Positions 9,791 through 19,313 of a stretch of DNA of 64,000 nt are shown piece by piece. How positions within the stretch are numbered: position 1 is the stretch's first letter; each line of letters opens with the position of its first letter. The DNA comes from an uncultured Acidobacteriota bacterium (GTDB lineage Bacteria > Acidobacteriota > Thermoanaerobaculia > Gp7-AA8). The stretch spans positions 1,216,001 to 1,280,000 of the forward strand of contig CAVUKB010000005.1 of NCBI GenBank assembly GCA_963741955.1, given 5' to 3'. The position numbers and the translations under genes were made by a program. Below the pieces are notes generated by a model, which saw only the letters and a list, made by a program, of their open reading frames with translations, searched no databases and was not told the origin of the DNA.

Positions 9791-11230
9791 TCACGAGCCG
9801 GCCTTCGGCTCGACGGTGAGAATGGTTCTGTTACTGGTTCGGAGATACTCCTTCGCGGTCTTCTGGATCAGCTCCGGTGTGACGTCCGCGAAGTTCTTCT
9901 CGATATCGTTGATCTTCGAAGGGTCGTCGTCGAAGAGGGCGAACGAGGCGAGAAGGTCGGCTTTGCCGAATCCGAACAGGCCCTCGATCTCGTCGTACAT
10001 CTGGGAGCGCATTTTCACCCGCGCGCGATCGAGGGTCGCAGCGTCGACGGGTGCGTTCTGCAGCCGCTCGATCTGTTCGTTCAAGGCGGTGATGATCTGA
10101 TCGTTCGTCTTGTCCTTGTCGTGGAAGAGCCAGACCTCGTAGAGCGTCGGACCGTTGATGTCGAACATGTTGCCGAGGGAGTTGATCGAGGAGCTGACAT
10201 CACCGGTGAGACCCTTCTGCTGAACCAGCGACTGGTGGAGCCAGCTGTCCTTCCCCACCGCGAGGATCTGGTCGATCATGCCGAGTGCGTAGTATTCGGG
10301 CGATCCGACCGCCGGGGCGTGCCAGGCAAACGCGATGGCGGGACGGTTCGCCTTCTCGTCGACCTTGTTGAAGCGCTTCTCTTCGGTCTGTCGCGGCTCG
10401 GAGATGTCGGGGCGCGCCGGCTGCGGAGCGGAGGCGATGTCGCCGAAGTACTTTTTCACCCACACCATCGCCTGGTCGGGATCGAGATCGCCGGCGATGG
10501 CGAGGGCCGCGTTGTTCGGCGCGTAGTAGGTCTTGTGGAAGTCCTGGACGTCGGTGAGGCTCGCCGCGTCGAGGTCCTTCATGTCGCCGTAGAAGTTGTG
10601 CGAGTTGTACCAGTTCTGGTTCGCGTACTGCGGGAGATCGAGCCAGGGGAAGCCGCCGTAGGGACGATTGATCACGTTGACCCGGACTTCGTTCTTCACC
10701 ACGTCGCGCTGGTTGTCGAGATTCGCCTGATTGATCGCGAGTCCGCGCATCCGGTCCGCTTCGGCCCAGAGCATCGTTTCCAGGGTGTTCGAGGGAACGA
10801 TCTCGAAGTAATTCGTGAAGTCGAAGCGCGTCGAGCCGTTCAACACACCGCCGTTCGACTGCACCAGCTTGATGAACTCCATCTTGCCAAGGTGCTCGGA
10901 ACCCTGAAACATCATGTGCTCGAACAGATGTGCGAATCCGGTGCGGTCCTTCGGCTCGATGCGGAAGCCGATGTTGTAGTACACCGCGACGGTCACGACG
11001 GGCGAAGTGTGGTCGGGCGACATGACGACCTTCAGCCCGTTGTCGAGCTTGTGGTAGATCACCGGCACCTGGTATCCGGAGACGGTGCCAGGAGCCGTCG
11101 CCACGGCGGGAGGCGTGGTGGCCTCGGCGGGTGGCGGAGGCGGTGCGGTCGCCGGCGGCGGTGCGGGTTGCGCGCACGCCAGCGCCAGCACGAGAAGCGG
11201 GGCTGCAGCAAGTCGCAGATCGATCTTCAT
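9791..11230 (-). CDS. M16 zinc peptidase, catalytic subunit, lipoprotein
   Basis: GFAHLFEHMMFQGS (HxxEH), NGSTRFDFTNY and VVKNE motifs. Lipobox LALAC followed by a Pro/Ala linker. Start reassigned to ATG 11230. Confidence 0.92.
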   Translation of the reverse strand: MKIDLRLAAAPLLVLALACAQPAPPPATAPPPPPAEATTPPAVATAPGTVSGYQVPVIYHKLDNGLKVVMSPDHTSPVVTVAVYYNIGFRIEPKDRTGFAHLFEHMMFQGSEHLGKMEFIKLVQSNGGVLNGSTRFDFTNYFEIVPSNTLETMLWAEADRMRGLAINQANLDNQRDVVKNEVRVNVINRPYGGFPWLDLPQYANQNWYNSHNFYGDMKDLDAASLTDVQDFHKTYYAPNNAALAIAGDLDPDQAMVWVKKYFGDIASAPQPARPDISEPRQTEEKRFNKVDEKANRPAIAFAWHAPAVGSPEYYALGMIDQILAVGKDSWLHQSLVQQKGLTGDVSSSINSLGNMFDINGPTLYEVWLFHDKDKTNDQIITALNEQIERLQNAPVDAATLDRARVKMRSQMYDEIEGLFGFGKADLLASFALFDDDPSKINDIEKNFADVTPELIQKTAKEYLRTSNRTILTVEPKAGS

Positions 11231-11440
11231 GGGCAACTCCTGTCGTTGAGATTCAGGGGTGAGCCTATCAAAGTTCGAGGTGGAGAGAGGAGCGGCGGAC
11301 TGGAGCATGACTTCGCGCCGGCGGTCGGAGCTGGTGCCGCCGGATTTACTCATGAGCTCGCGTCGCGGTATGCTTCGAAAGCTCCCGATGCAACCCCACC
11401 CACGACCGCCCTGATGAAGCGGCCGGTTCGAGGAGAGCCC

Positions 11441-14095
11441 ATGCCCTATACGCTCAACGGTATCGGAACTCACTACTACGGAAAAGGGAACCCGACGTCC
11501 TTCTCCGACACCTGTCGCTTCTGTGGCCGGAACGCCACGATCTCCTCCTACGACACACGGGAGTGCGTCTGCATCTTCTTCATTCCGGTGATCCCCTTGA
11601 AGAAGCATCGGATCCTGGATGAATGCTCCCGTTGCCGGAAGCACCACAGGATCGCGCTGCAGGACTTCAAGAATGCGGTAGACAGCGACAGCAGGCCGCT
11701 TCGCGAGGCGGTAGAGCGAAATCCGAAAGATCCCGCCGCGCGCATCGCTCTCGTTCAGGCTCTCCTTTCGTTCCAGATGTGGAGCGAAGCAGAACGGGAA
11801 GCCGATGCCGGGCTGGCCGAATGTCCCAGCGCCGATCTGTATCTACTCGCCGGACAGATCCGAATGCAGCGCAACCACCTCGGCGATGCGCTTCCTCTTT
11901 TCGAGCGGGCCGCGGCGCTCGAACCAACGAACGCCGCGATCCAGTACTCCCTGGGTTGGTCGCTCTTCAAGCTGAACCGGGTCGAAGATGCGATCGTCCC
12001 TTTGCAGCGCGCAGCGGCACGGTCGGATGATCGACGCGCCGACTACCTGCTCGGATTGAGCTTCCACCGTCAGCAGCGGTGGGCCGAAGCGCTGGCGGCG
12101 TTCGAGAAAGTCAGTAGGTCCCAGCAGGATCCTTCGAAGGACAAGGGTCTGCTTCGGCTGATCGGCGACTGCAAGAAGCGGCTGAATTATCCGCTCTCGG
12201 ATCTCGAGCGAAAGGCCTCGCGAAGAGTGTGGCCGTTCGGCCGCAAGCCACGGATTCGGACCTCTGGCCGCGCGCGAAGCGTCAGTGGTCCGCTCGTAGT
12301 CGGTGTCCTTGCCTTCGCGGCGATCGTGATCGCCGTCGGTATTGCATTCTGGAACCGGAGTCACGTGCCGCTTTACATCGGCAACGGTTTCGGGAAGCAG
12401 ATCACGGTCCGGATCGACGGAAAGTCGCTGGTCGTCCCGGGTGGTCCTCCTCTCAAGACGACGATCGCTCCGGGCCGCCATACCCTCGTGGCTCTGGCCG
12501 GCGGCACGACGATCGAGAGCTTCGACGCGGAAGTGAGCGACGATGGACTTTGGGATGCGCTGTTCGGATCGCGATTTCTCGTCTATAACCCGGATGAGCG
12601 GGAGATCTATCGGCGCGCCCGCATCGGATACGCAGTACGCAGAGACGAAAGCACGTACGATGAAGAGATCATCGCCGGGAAGCGCTTCTTCGAAGTGAAG
12701 AACGTCGATTTCGTCTTCACCGCGCCTCCCGACAGCATCGACATCGATGAGCACGCCGGTAAAGCATCGCGCGTGGCATTCGATGTCGCTGCGGATGTGG
12801 CATACGAAGACTACGGATTCTGGTGCCATCAGCAGAAGCAGACCGTCGAGGCCCTGCGCCTTCTCCGAAAGGCGGTGGCCATCGAGCCATGTTCTTCCCG
12901 GGCGCGCGAGAATCTGATCGCGGTGATCCACGACTCCGAGTCTGCGGAGAGTGCTCTGGCAGAGATCGAACCGTGGAAGAAAACCTGTCCGAACGACGTG
13001 GTCGAACCGAATCGCACGTATCAGGACCTGATGTGGGACCTCGGCAGAAACGAGGAACTGACCCGCGACTATGGAGCCCGAGTCGCCGCCCACCCCGACT
13101 CGGCGATCTGGCACTATCTCTACGGACGGATCGTCGGTAATCCGGAGGCGGCGCTCCAAGAGTATCGGAGGGCGTCGGCGCTCGATCCATCATTCATCCT
13201 CCCTCACGTGGGTGCCGCCTATTCGTTACTGAGTCTCGAGCGCTACACCGATGCGGAAAACGAGTACCGGACGATCCTGTCGATGAAGGACCACGATCCA
13301 TCGTTCGTCATCCTGTACGCATATGCGATCGCCTCGGCCGGCGACGTCGCAACAGCATCTTCGGAGCTGCCCTCAATCTCGCACTCCGACGCTCCGATCA
13401 CAGGCGAAGCGTTCGAGGCCACCTGGATCGCAGCACTCCTTCGCCGGGACTGGAACGAAGCCTCGTATCTGATTGGGCTCCAGAGACGATCGGGCGGAGA
13501 TCCTTTCGTGGTCTGGTCCCGCGAGCTTCTCGTGTCGAGATTGCGGGGGGATACGGGGAAGATCGAAAAGGAGCTGGCGGAAGGACGTCGTGCGTTCCGG
13601 CAAAGGACTGCCGCGATCGACCTCGCGGTCCTGATCGAGCAAGGGAAGTACGAGGAGGCATCCGCCGCGGCGATCGATCCGAAGACCCTCGTCAATTCGG
13701 ACGATCTTCTGAAAGCCGTTTATGCGACCGCTGCCCTCGGCTTGCGCGGGGATCGGAACGCGCTGTCGGCGGCCGTCGCGCGCCTTCGCTCATCCGTCTC
13801 TCAGAGTTCACCAGCGATCGAGCGCGAAGGAGGGATCCTTCTCGACGCGCTCGATCCTCAAAGCCCTCTCGAACCGGTGATCGCCCGGGCTCGAGCTCGG
13901 GAGCCTTTGATGCTCCGGCACGTCTGGTTCATGGTGGGAACGCGCTTCCTCGCGTCGGGAGATCCAGCCGCGGCCAGGGGATGGTTCGAGCGCAGCCGTC
14001 GCGCCTCGAGTGACTTCGACTTTCCGTACCTCGCGGCGCGGGGGCTCAGCCAGGGAGAGGAGCGCGCGGAGAAAAGCGTAGAGAAGTCGATGTAG
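11441..14095 (+). CDS. Zinc-ribbon plus TPR single-pass membrane protein (884 aa)
   Basis: AGGAGA RBS before ATG 11441. CRFC...FFIPVIPL...CSRC N-terminus, TPR-like helices on both sides of one TM segment (VVGVLAFAAIVIAVGIAFW). Confidence 0.8.
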   Translation: MPYTLNGIGTHYYGKGNPTSFSDTCRFCGRNATISSYDTRECVCIFFIPVIPLKKHRILDECSRCRKHHRIALQDFKNAVDSDSRPLREAVERNPKDPAARIALVQALLSFQMWSEAEREADAGLAECPSADLYLLAGQIRMQRNHLGDALPLFERAAALEPTNAAIQYSLGWSLFKLNRVEDAIVPLQRAAARSDDRRADYLLGLSFHRQQRWAEALAAFEKVSRSQQDPSKDKGLLRLIGDCKKRLNYPLSDLERKASRRVWPFGRKPRIRTSGRARSVSGPLVVGVLAFAAIVIAVGIAFWNRSHVPLYIGNGFGKQITVRIDGKSLVVPGGPPLKTTIAPGRHTLVALAGGTTIESFDAEVSDDGLWDALFGSRFLVYNPDEREIYRRARIGYAVRRDESTYDEEIIAGKRFFEVKNVDFVFTAPPDSIDIDEHAGKASRVAFDVAADVAYEDYGFWCHQQKQTVEALRLLRKAVAIEPCSSRARENLIAVIHDSESAESALAEIEPWKKTCPNDVVEPNRTYQDLMWDLGRNEELTRDYGARVAAHPDSAIWHYLYGRIVGNPEAALQEYRRASALDPSFILPHVGAAYSLLSLERYTDAENEYRTILSMKDHDPSFVILYAYAIASAGDVATASSELPSISHSDAPITGEAFEATWIAALLRRDWNEASYLIGLQRRSGGDPFVVWSRELLVSRLRGDTGKIEKELAEGRRAFRQRTAAIDLAVLIEQGKYEEASAAAIDPKTLVNSDDLLKAVYATAALGLRGDRNALSAAVARLRSSVSQSSPAIEREGGILLDALDPQSPLEPVIARARAREPLMLRHVWFMVGTRFLASGDPAAARGWFERSRRASSDFDFPYLAARGLSQGEERAEKSVEKSM

Positions 14096-14214
14096 TTGGC
14101 GGCGTGCGGAATGACGGTGACATCCTGGAAGCACCCACGGTCCGACGTCCCGATCGTTCACGGGATTTCCACTGCGGAGCGAGACGTCCCTGCACGGATC
14201 ACCACCACCCGGCG

Positions 14215-14691
14215 TCACTTCTCGACGCGCGCGAAGCGCAGCGTCTCGCCATAGAGCTGCGGGTTCTTGAGATTCTCTTCGACGAACCGGACGATCGCGG
14301 CGCGGTCGCTGGCGTGGGCGCGGATGAACTTCGGGTCGAGGTACCGGAGCTCGAGCGTGTTGCCGTCGTCCGATGTATGCCACGAATACCACACCCATTT
14401 CCGCTCGTCCTGGAGTTGCTGGACGGAGACGAGAGGAGCGCCGCCGAGGTCGGTGTGGATCACGCGGTACGGCTCACCATCGCTGACCACCACGTAGCTC
14501 CTCGGATCGAGCTGCCGGATGGTGAGCCGTGCGCCGTCGCTGAGCGAGAACCAGTCGCCGGTGAGCTGCGGGACGACCTCGCGCGTCGGCTCGGGCGTGA
14601 GGGGGAAATCCCACTCGCAGCCGATGAGCGCGAACCCGAGGAGTGAGACGGCGAGTATCGTCATGGATGCAGAGCCGGACCGCTGGAACAT
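14215..14691 (-). CDS. Hypothetical lipoprotein
   Basis: GGAGGAGG RBS and lipobox LLGFALIGC. Confidence 0.7.
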   Translation of the reverse strand: MFQRSGSASMTILAVSLLGFALIGCEWDFPLTPEPTREVVPQLTGDWFSLSDGARLTIRQLDPRSYVVVSDGEPYRVIHTDLGGAPLVSVQQLQDERKWVWYSWHTSDDGNTLELRYLDPKFIRAHASDRAAIVRFVEENLKNPQLYGETLRFARVEK

Positions 14692-14917
14692 GAAACCCTC
14701 CTCCGGGTCGTCTGTGGTGTCGCCCGGACTATCCCGGCCAGAGCGCCGCACGGCCCGTTGAGTGCATCATCGGTCTTCCGGAGAAGGAAAAGATAGAAGA
14801 AAAATCGAGAGATCGCATGGGCGGGCATGGGAGCCCGGGGTCCGGCCCACGGTCGGACGTGCCGGACGTGTCAGGGACGTCCGGCAATCCGACCGCGTGA
14901 CGGCTCCCTCGCCGGGG

Positions 14918-15685
14918 TCACCTCTCCACTGCGGGACTTCCCGTCGAATCGGACGTGCTTCGCCGTTTGGGGAGCGGGAGGAGCATCGGCACGCGCTCGC
15001 GGTATTCGAGATAGCGCCTTCCCAGGAACCGGACCAGATCGTGTTCCTCGAGCTGCAGCGCGACGAGAATGTAGCCGGTCGAGGCAGCGGCGAAGAAGAG
15101 ATGGCCGGCGGTCATCACCGGAGCGGACCAGAACGCAATGATGAAGCCGAACATGAGAGGGTGCCGGATGAAGCTGTAAAACCCGCGGGTGGTGAACTGA
15201 GGATCGGTCAGATCACGTCCTTTGAGGTTCTGGTAGATCTGCTGGAGACCGAACAGGTGCACGTGGCTGATCATGAACGTGGAAAGGAACACGATGCCCC
15301 ATCCGGTCCAGAAGAGAGCCGTCAGCGCCGTCGCTCCCGCTCCCTCGACCGACCAGATCACATTGGAGACCGGCCGCCACTGCCAGTAAAGGAGGATCAG
15401 GGCGAGATTCGCGAAGAGGACGTAGGTGCTCCGCTCGATCGCCGGGGGGACGATCTTCGTCCACCGTTTCTTGAAGCCGGGGCGCGCCATGACGCTGTGC
15501 TGCACTGCGAAAAGGGTGAGGAGAGCGGCGTCGATGAGCAGCGCCCAGAGGATCGGCGTCGCGGGGCCGTTGTCGATCGACTTCGGGACGAGGAGATTTC
15601 CGACAAAGCCGATTGCGTACAGAAAGACTGCGAAGAAGAGGGCGTAACAGAGGATGCCGTAGAGGAAGAAAACGAGACGTTTCAT
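14918..15685 (-). CDS. mddA: Methanethiol S-methyltransferase-like membrane methyltransferase (ICMT/NnrU-like)
   Basis: FAVQHSVMARPGFK, IERSTYVL, LYWQWRP and YSFIRHPLM motifs typical of MddA. Confidence 0.8.
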   Translation of the reverse strand: MKRLVFFLYGILCYALFFAVFLYAIGFVGNLLVPKSIDNGPATPILWALLIDAALLTLFAVQHSVMARPGFKKRWTKIVPPAIERSTYVLFANLALILLYWQWRPVSNVIWSVEGAGATALTALFWTGWGIVFLSTFMISHVHLFGLQQIYQNLKGRDLTDPQFTTRGFYSFIRHPLMFGFIIAFWSAPVMTAGHLFFAAASTGYILVALQLEEHDLVRFLGRRYLEYRERVPMLLPLPKRRSTSDSTGSPAVER

Positions 15686-15812
15686 GACGTTCTCCGTTCG
15701 TCGAATGTTGCTCGTTCCGGCCCGCTCGGTCCCGGACCGGGATTTCATCGCCACCACGTCCTGCCGTGGCCGCTCCAGCCCGGTGTTCTCGGGCCAAGAG
15801 GAGCGGGAGGCG

Positions 15813-15868
15813 AAACGTACGACCGTTCGTTTTGAATCAAGATACGACCGTTCGTGCTATACTGTCAA
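15813..15868. promoter_or_regulatory. Divergent promoters with two putative TetR operators
   Basis: TACGACCGTTCGT (imperfect palindrome) at 15818-15830 and 15843-15855. Minus strand TTGACA(15868-63)-18 nt-TATCTT. Plus strand extended -10 TGcTATACT at 15855-15863. Confidence 0.75.
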
Positions 15869-15876
15869 GCTGAAGC

Positions 15877-16527
15877 ATGAGCGAGACCGTCACAGCCGCC
15901 CCCGAGCCCCGAAGACCGAAAGGTGAACAGACCCGCGACGAGATCCTGCGCGTCGCCGCACGCCTCGCCACCATCAACGGCCTCGAAGGCCTCTCCATCG
16001 GCGATCTCGCGGACCACGTGGGGATGAGCAAGAGCGGTCTGTATGCGCACTTCGGCTCGAAACAGGAGCTCCAGCTCGCGACGATCGACGCGGCGCGCAT
16101 CACGTTCATGGACGAAGTCATGGCGCCCGCGTTCGAAACACCCCGTGGTCGGGCACGCGTCGTCGCCCTCTGCCACGCGTTTCTCTCCTATCTCGAGCGG
16201 GGCGTCTTCCCCGGGGGCTGCTTTTTCGCCGGAGCGGCCTCGGAGTTCAGCGCCCGGCCCGGCCCGGTGCGCGATCGGATCGTCCAGGTGGTTGCAGAGT
16301 TTCTCTCTGCACTCGAGCAGTTCGTACGAGAGGCGCAGAACCTGAAAGAGATCGACCCGTCCGCGGATCCCGGACAGATCACGTTCGAGCTCCACGCGAT
16401 CCTCCTCGCGACGAACAACCGGTATCTCCTCAGTGAGGATCCCGTCCTTCTCGATCGGGCGCGGATCGCGATCGACTCCCTCGCCGTGGCGCCGAAGCGC
16501 ACTGCCTCGCGTCGCCGGCGCGGCTGA
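15877..16527 (+). CDS. TetR/AcrR family transcriptional regulator
   Basis: HTH LSIGDLADHVGMSKSGLYAHFGSKQEL and C-terminal PGGCFF motif. Confidence 0.95.
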   Translation: MSETVTAAPEPRRPKGEQTRDEILRVAARLATINGLEGLSIGDLADHVGMSKSGLYAHFGSKQELQLATIDAARITFMDEVMAPAFETPRGRARVVALCHAFLSYLERGVFPGGCFFAGAASEFSARPGPVRDRIVQVVAEFLSALEQFVREAQNLKEIDPSADPGQITFELHAILLATNNRYLLSEDPVLLDRARIAIDSLAVAPKRTASRRRRG

Positions 16528-16542
16528 TCCTGCGGAGACGCC

Positions 16543-17535
16543 TCAATCCCACAGGTGGTGCACCGCGAAGTGCAATCCGAAATCGGGACCGTTGTCGAAA
16601 CGGAGCACGTTCTCGATCAGTCCGATCTCGTAGACGTTCGACCCCGACCGATGCCGGAATCCGAGCAGCGCTTCGTTCGTCGCCTTCGAAAGAGGCCCTT
16701 CCGTGGTGAGACCCTGGTTCGCGAGGTATTGTGCGATCAACGACGTCCTCTCCGTCGCCGGCAGCTCGATTGCGGAGAGGAACGTCCACTGCTGTTTCTC
16801 GAGGGTGAGCCCGCCGATGCTCGCTCCGGCGAAGCGACTGAATCCCACTCCGGCATAAAGGCCGGCCGGCCCGATCTTCCGATACGCGCCGGCAGTGAGC
16901 CCCGCGTCGATGTCTCCCCTCTTTTCCGGCGAGAGCCGTTCTCCAAGGTTCGTTCTCACGGTCATGGAGCCGTCGAGGTCGAAACTTCCGAACTTCACGA
17001 CGCGAGCGAGCGTCGCGCCGACCGCGGTCTCGTACGAACCCGAAGCGCTCTTCCCCGCCTGAAAGAGAATCTTCCCGCTGCGGGGATCGCGGATGGCGAT
17101 GTGGATCGAGTCGCGCGGAACGTCGTCGCGCCCGTTCAATCCGAGTCCGACCATCTCGTGAAACTCCTGAATGGTGTGGTCGAGGCGCCCGCCGAGGAGG
17201 CTCCGGTTCTCGAACGTGGTGGTCACGCTCCATCCACGCCCGAGAGACCAACCGAGGGAAAGGCGCGAATCGACCGCCTCGTAGTCGAGCACCGCCGACT
17301 CCGGATGGTCCACCCAGACGTTGGTCCAGGTCTCGGAGAAGGAGAGATGCCGCTCGCCGGAGTTGCCGGAGAGGGGGATGCCCGGCACGAGGCTGAGTCG
17401 AAGCGATTGCAGCGGCGACTGCGAGGAAAGATGAATCGGCCCACGCACGGCATCCGCGGGCGGATCGGCCCGGGAGAGTGGAGCGAAGAAGGCGGCGGCG
17501 ATCAGGAAGGCGGCCCGGGCAAAGTGATGCGACAT
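16543..17535 (-). CDS. Putative outer-membrane beta-barrel protein (DUF3187-like)
   Basis: Signal peptide, QSPLQSLRL, GGRLDHTIQEFH and C-terminal ENVLRFDNGPDFGLHF. GGAGG RBS. Confidence 0.7.
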   Translation of the reverse strand: MSHHFARAAFLIAAAFFAPLSRADPPADAVRGPIHLSSQSPLQSLRLSLVPGIPLSGNSGERHLSFSETWTNVWVDHPESAVLDYEAVDSRLSLGWSLGRGWSVTTTFENRSLLGGRLDHTIQEFHEMVGLGLNGRDDVPRDSIHIAIRDPRSGKILFQAGKSASGSYETAVGATLARVVKFGSFDLDGSMTVRTNLGERLSPEKRGDIDAGLTAGAYRKIGPAGLYAGVGFSRFAGASIGGLTLEKQQWTFLSAIELPATERTSLIAQYLANQGLTTEGPLSKATNEALLGFRHRSGSNVYEIGLIENVLRFDNGPDFGLHFAVHHLWD

Positions 17536-17655
17536 GAATCCTCCGAATCGAGGGCCGGTTCGAAGGTGAAGCCGAGGGGCGGGAGAGTCGCGCTCTCACG
17601 CCGTCCTCTCGGGTCACGGAGCTGGATCGAACCAGGCCCGTCATACCACTGCATG

Positions 17656-17683
17656 ATTATATAACCATATAGGTTTGTTGCAA
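17656..17683 (-). promoter_or_regulatory. Sigma70-type promoter for the DUF3187-like gene
   Basis: Minus strand TTGCAA (17683-78), 16-nt spacer, TATAAT (17661-56), in an AT-rich patch. Confidence 0.7.
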
Positions 17684-17691
17684 GCCCCGGA

Positions 17692-17843
17692 CGAGAGACG
17701 AGAGGCGAGAGGCGAGAGACGAGAGGCGAGAGACGAGAGGCGAGAGACGAGAGGCGAGAGACGAGAGGCGAGAGGCGAGAGGCGAGAGGCGAGAGGCGAG
17801 AGGCGAGAGGCGAGAGGCGAGAGGCGAGAGGCGAGAGGCGAGA
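17692..17843. repeat. Heptamer VNTR (CGAGAGR) x21 plus a partial unit
   Basis: Counted directly: 10 mixed CGAGAGA/CGAGAGG units, then 11 pure CGAGAGG units. Confidence 0.97.
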
Positions 17844-18011
17844 ATAATATTCCGCTCTTGGCATATTTTGACGAAGTTTATGCGGAACATTGGCTATTTA
17901 TGAGAATATTATTCTGATTCTGCTCCTTTGGGATTCGCTCATCGCAGAGGTCCATGACACGCTTCTCGAGGCTCGAGCCCCGAACCTCGAGCCTCGAGCC
18001 TCGAGCCTCTC

Positions 18012-19313
18012 TCATTCGTACCGCAGCGATTCGATCGGATCGAGCTTCGCCGCCTGGTACGCCGGATAGATCCCGAAGAAGAGCCCGATCGAGATCGACA
18101 CGATCAGCCCGATCAGAACCGACCAGACCGGTGTGGACGTAGGCAGCGGACTGACGTGACGTACCACGAATGCAATTCCGTACCCGATCAGCACTCCGAT
18201 CACTCCGCCAACCGCGGCGAGCGTCATCGCCTCGGTCAGGAACTGAATCACGATGTCTCGCTTCACCGCTCCGAGCGCCTTTCGGATCCCGATCTCGCGC
18301 GTCCGCTCGGTCACCGAGACGAGCATGATGTTCATCACGCCCACCCCTCCGACCAGAAGGGCGATCGACGAGATGAAGATCATCGCGAGAGTGATCCCGC
18401 CGGTGATCTTCCGGAAGTTTCCGATCAGTTCGTCCGGCGTCATGATCCCGAAGTCGTTCGGCTTGTTGAACGGAACCTTCCTGCGCGCGCGCAGAACGGC
18501 GGTTCCCTCGTCGGTGATCCGGCTCACCCACTCCGGCTTCCGGGGAACCGTCGCGATGTTCACTCCCACGTCCTTCCTGATCCAGGGGAAGTGCGAATCG
18601 AACGTGGTCAGAGGGAGGTAGACGTGACTGTCCGTCGACTCGAACATCGTCGACCCCTGTTTCTCCATCACTCCGATCACGGTATAGCTTCTTCCACCCA
18701 CCGTGACCTTCTTCCCGACCGGGTCCATGTGGGGGAAGATCGCGTCGACGACGGCGGATCCCAGGACCACCACAGAAGCAGCGTGCCGGACGTCCGCGTC
18801 GGTGATGAATCGTCCTTCTGTCACGTAGTGATTGTTGGCGATCGGATAATCCTCGGTCACGCCGCCGATGGTGTCGGGCGTCGCCTCCAATCCACCGTAC
18901 TTCACCAGCGGAACTTCACCACCATTCCCGCTGAACCAGTAACGCTCCGGAGAAACCGCCGCCATCGCGGGCACCAGGCGTTTGAGCGCCAGCGCATCCT
19001 CGTAGGTGAGGTTCTTCCTCTGGCGCTCGTCCTCGTCGCGGTTGTCGGGTCCGAAACCCGGATCGTATTTCTGAAACTGCACCAGCGTCGCGCCGAACGA
19101 CTGGAAGCTCGCCACCACGCTGTCGTTGAATCCTTGAATCAGCGACACCATCGCGATGACGGTCGTCACGCCGATGACGATGCCCAGAACGGTCAGCGCT
19201 GAGCGGATCTTGTGACCGACCACCGCACTGGCTGCGAATCGGACGTTCTCTTTCACGCCCCAGACCCAGTCGCTGGCGAGGGATCGAACCTTCCGGGTGG
19301 TGACCTCACTCAT
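18012..19313 (-). CDS. ABC transporter permease (MacB/FtsX family)
   Basis: RSALTVLGIVIGV, GGVGVMNIMLVSVTERTREIGIRKALGA and LDPIESLRYE motifs. Start overlaps the upstream stop. Confidence 0.95.
   Translation of the reverse strand: MSEVTTRKVRSLASDWVWGVKENVRFAASAVVGHKIRSALTVLGIVIGVTTVIAMVSLIQGFNDSVVASFQSFGATLVQFQKYDPGFGPDNRDEDERQRKNLTYEDALALKRLVPAMAAVSPERYWFSGNGGEVPLVKYGGLEATPDTIGGVTEDYPIANNHYVTEGRFITDADVRHAASVVVLGSAVVDAIFPHMDPVGKKVTVGGRSYTVIGVMEKQGSTMFESTDSHVYLPLTTFDSHFPWIRKDVGVNIATVPRKPEWVSRITDEGTAVLRARRKVPFNKPNDFGIMTPDELIGNFRKITGGITLAMIFISSIALLVGGVGVMNIMLVSVTERTREIGIRKALGAVKRDIVIQFLTEAMTLAAVGGVIGVLIGYGIAFVVRHVSPLPTSTPVWSVLIGLIVSISIGLFFGIYPAYQAAKLDPIESLRYE

Noticed and set aside
10121-11440. 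N-terminal 440 aa of the 1324-aa ORF
   Set aside because: Antisense shadow of the M16 peptidase gene. The real start is ATG 11441 with an RBS.
17600-17640. GGTTCGATCC on the minus strand resembling a tRNA T-arm
   Set aside because: No cloverleaf, anticodon arm or acceptor stem. The segment pairs within a long hairpin instead.
17502-17917. ORFs with SRLSPLA / ERREARG repeats
   Set aside because: They are simple translations of the heptamer VNTR and overlap a promoter-like region.
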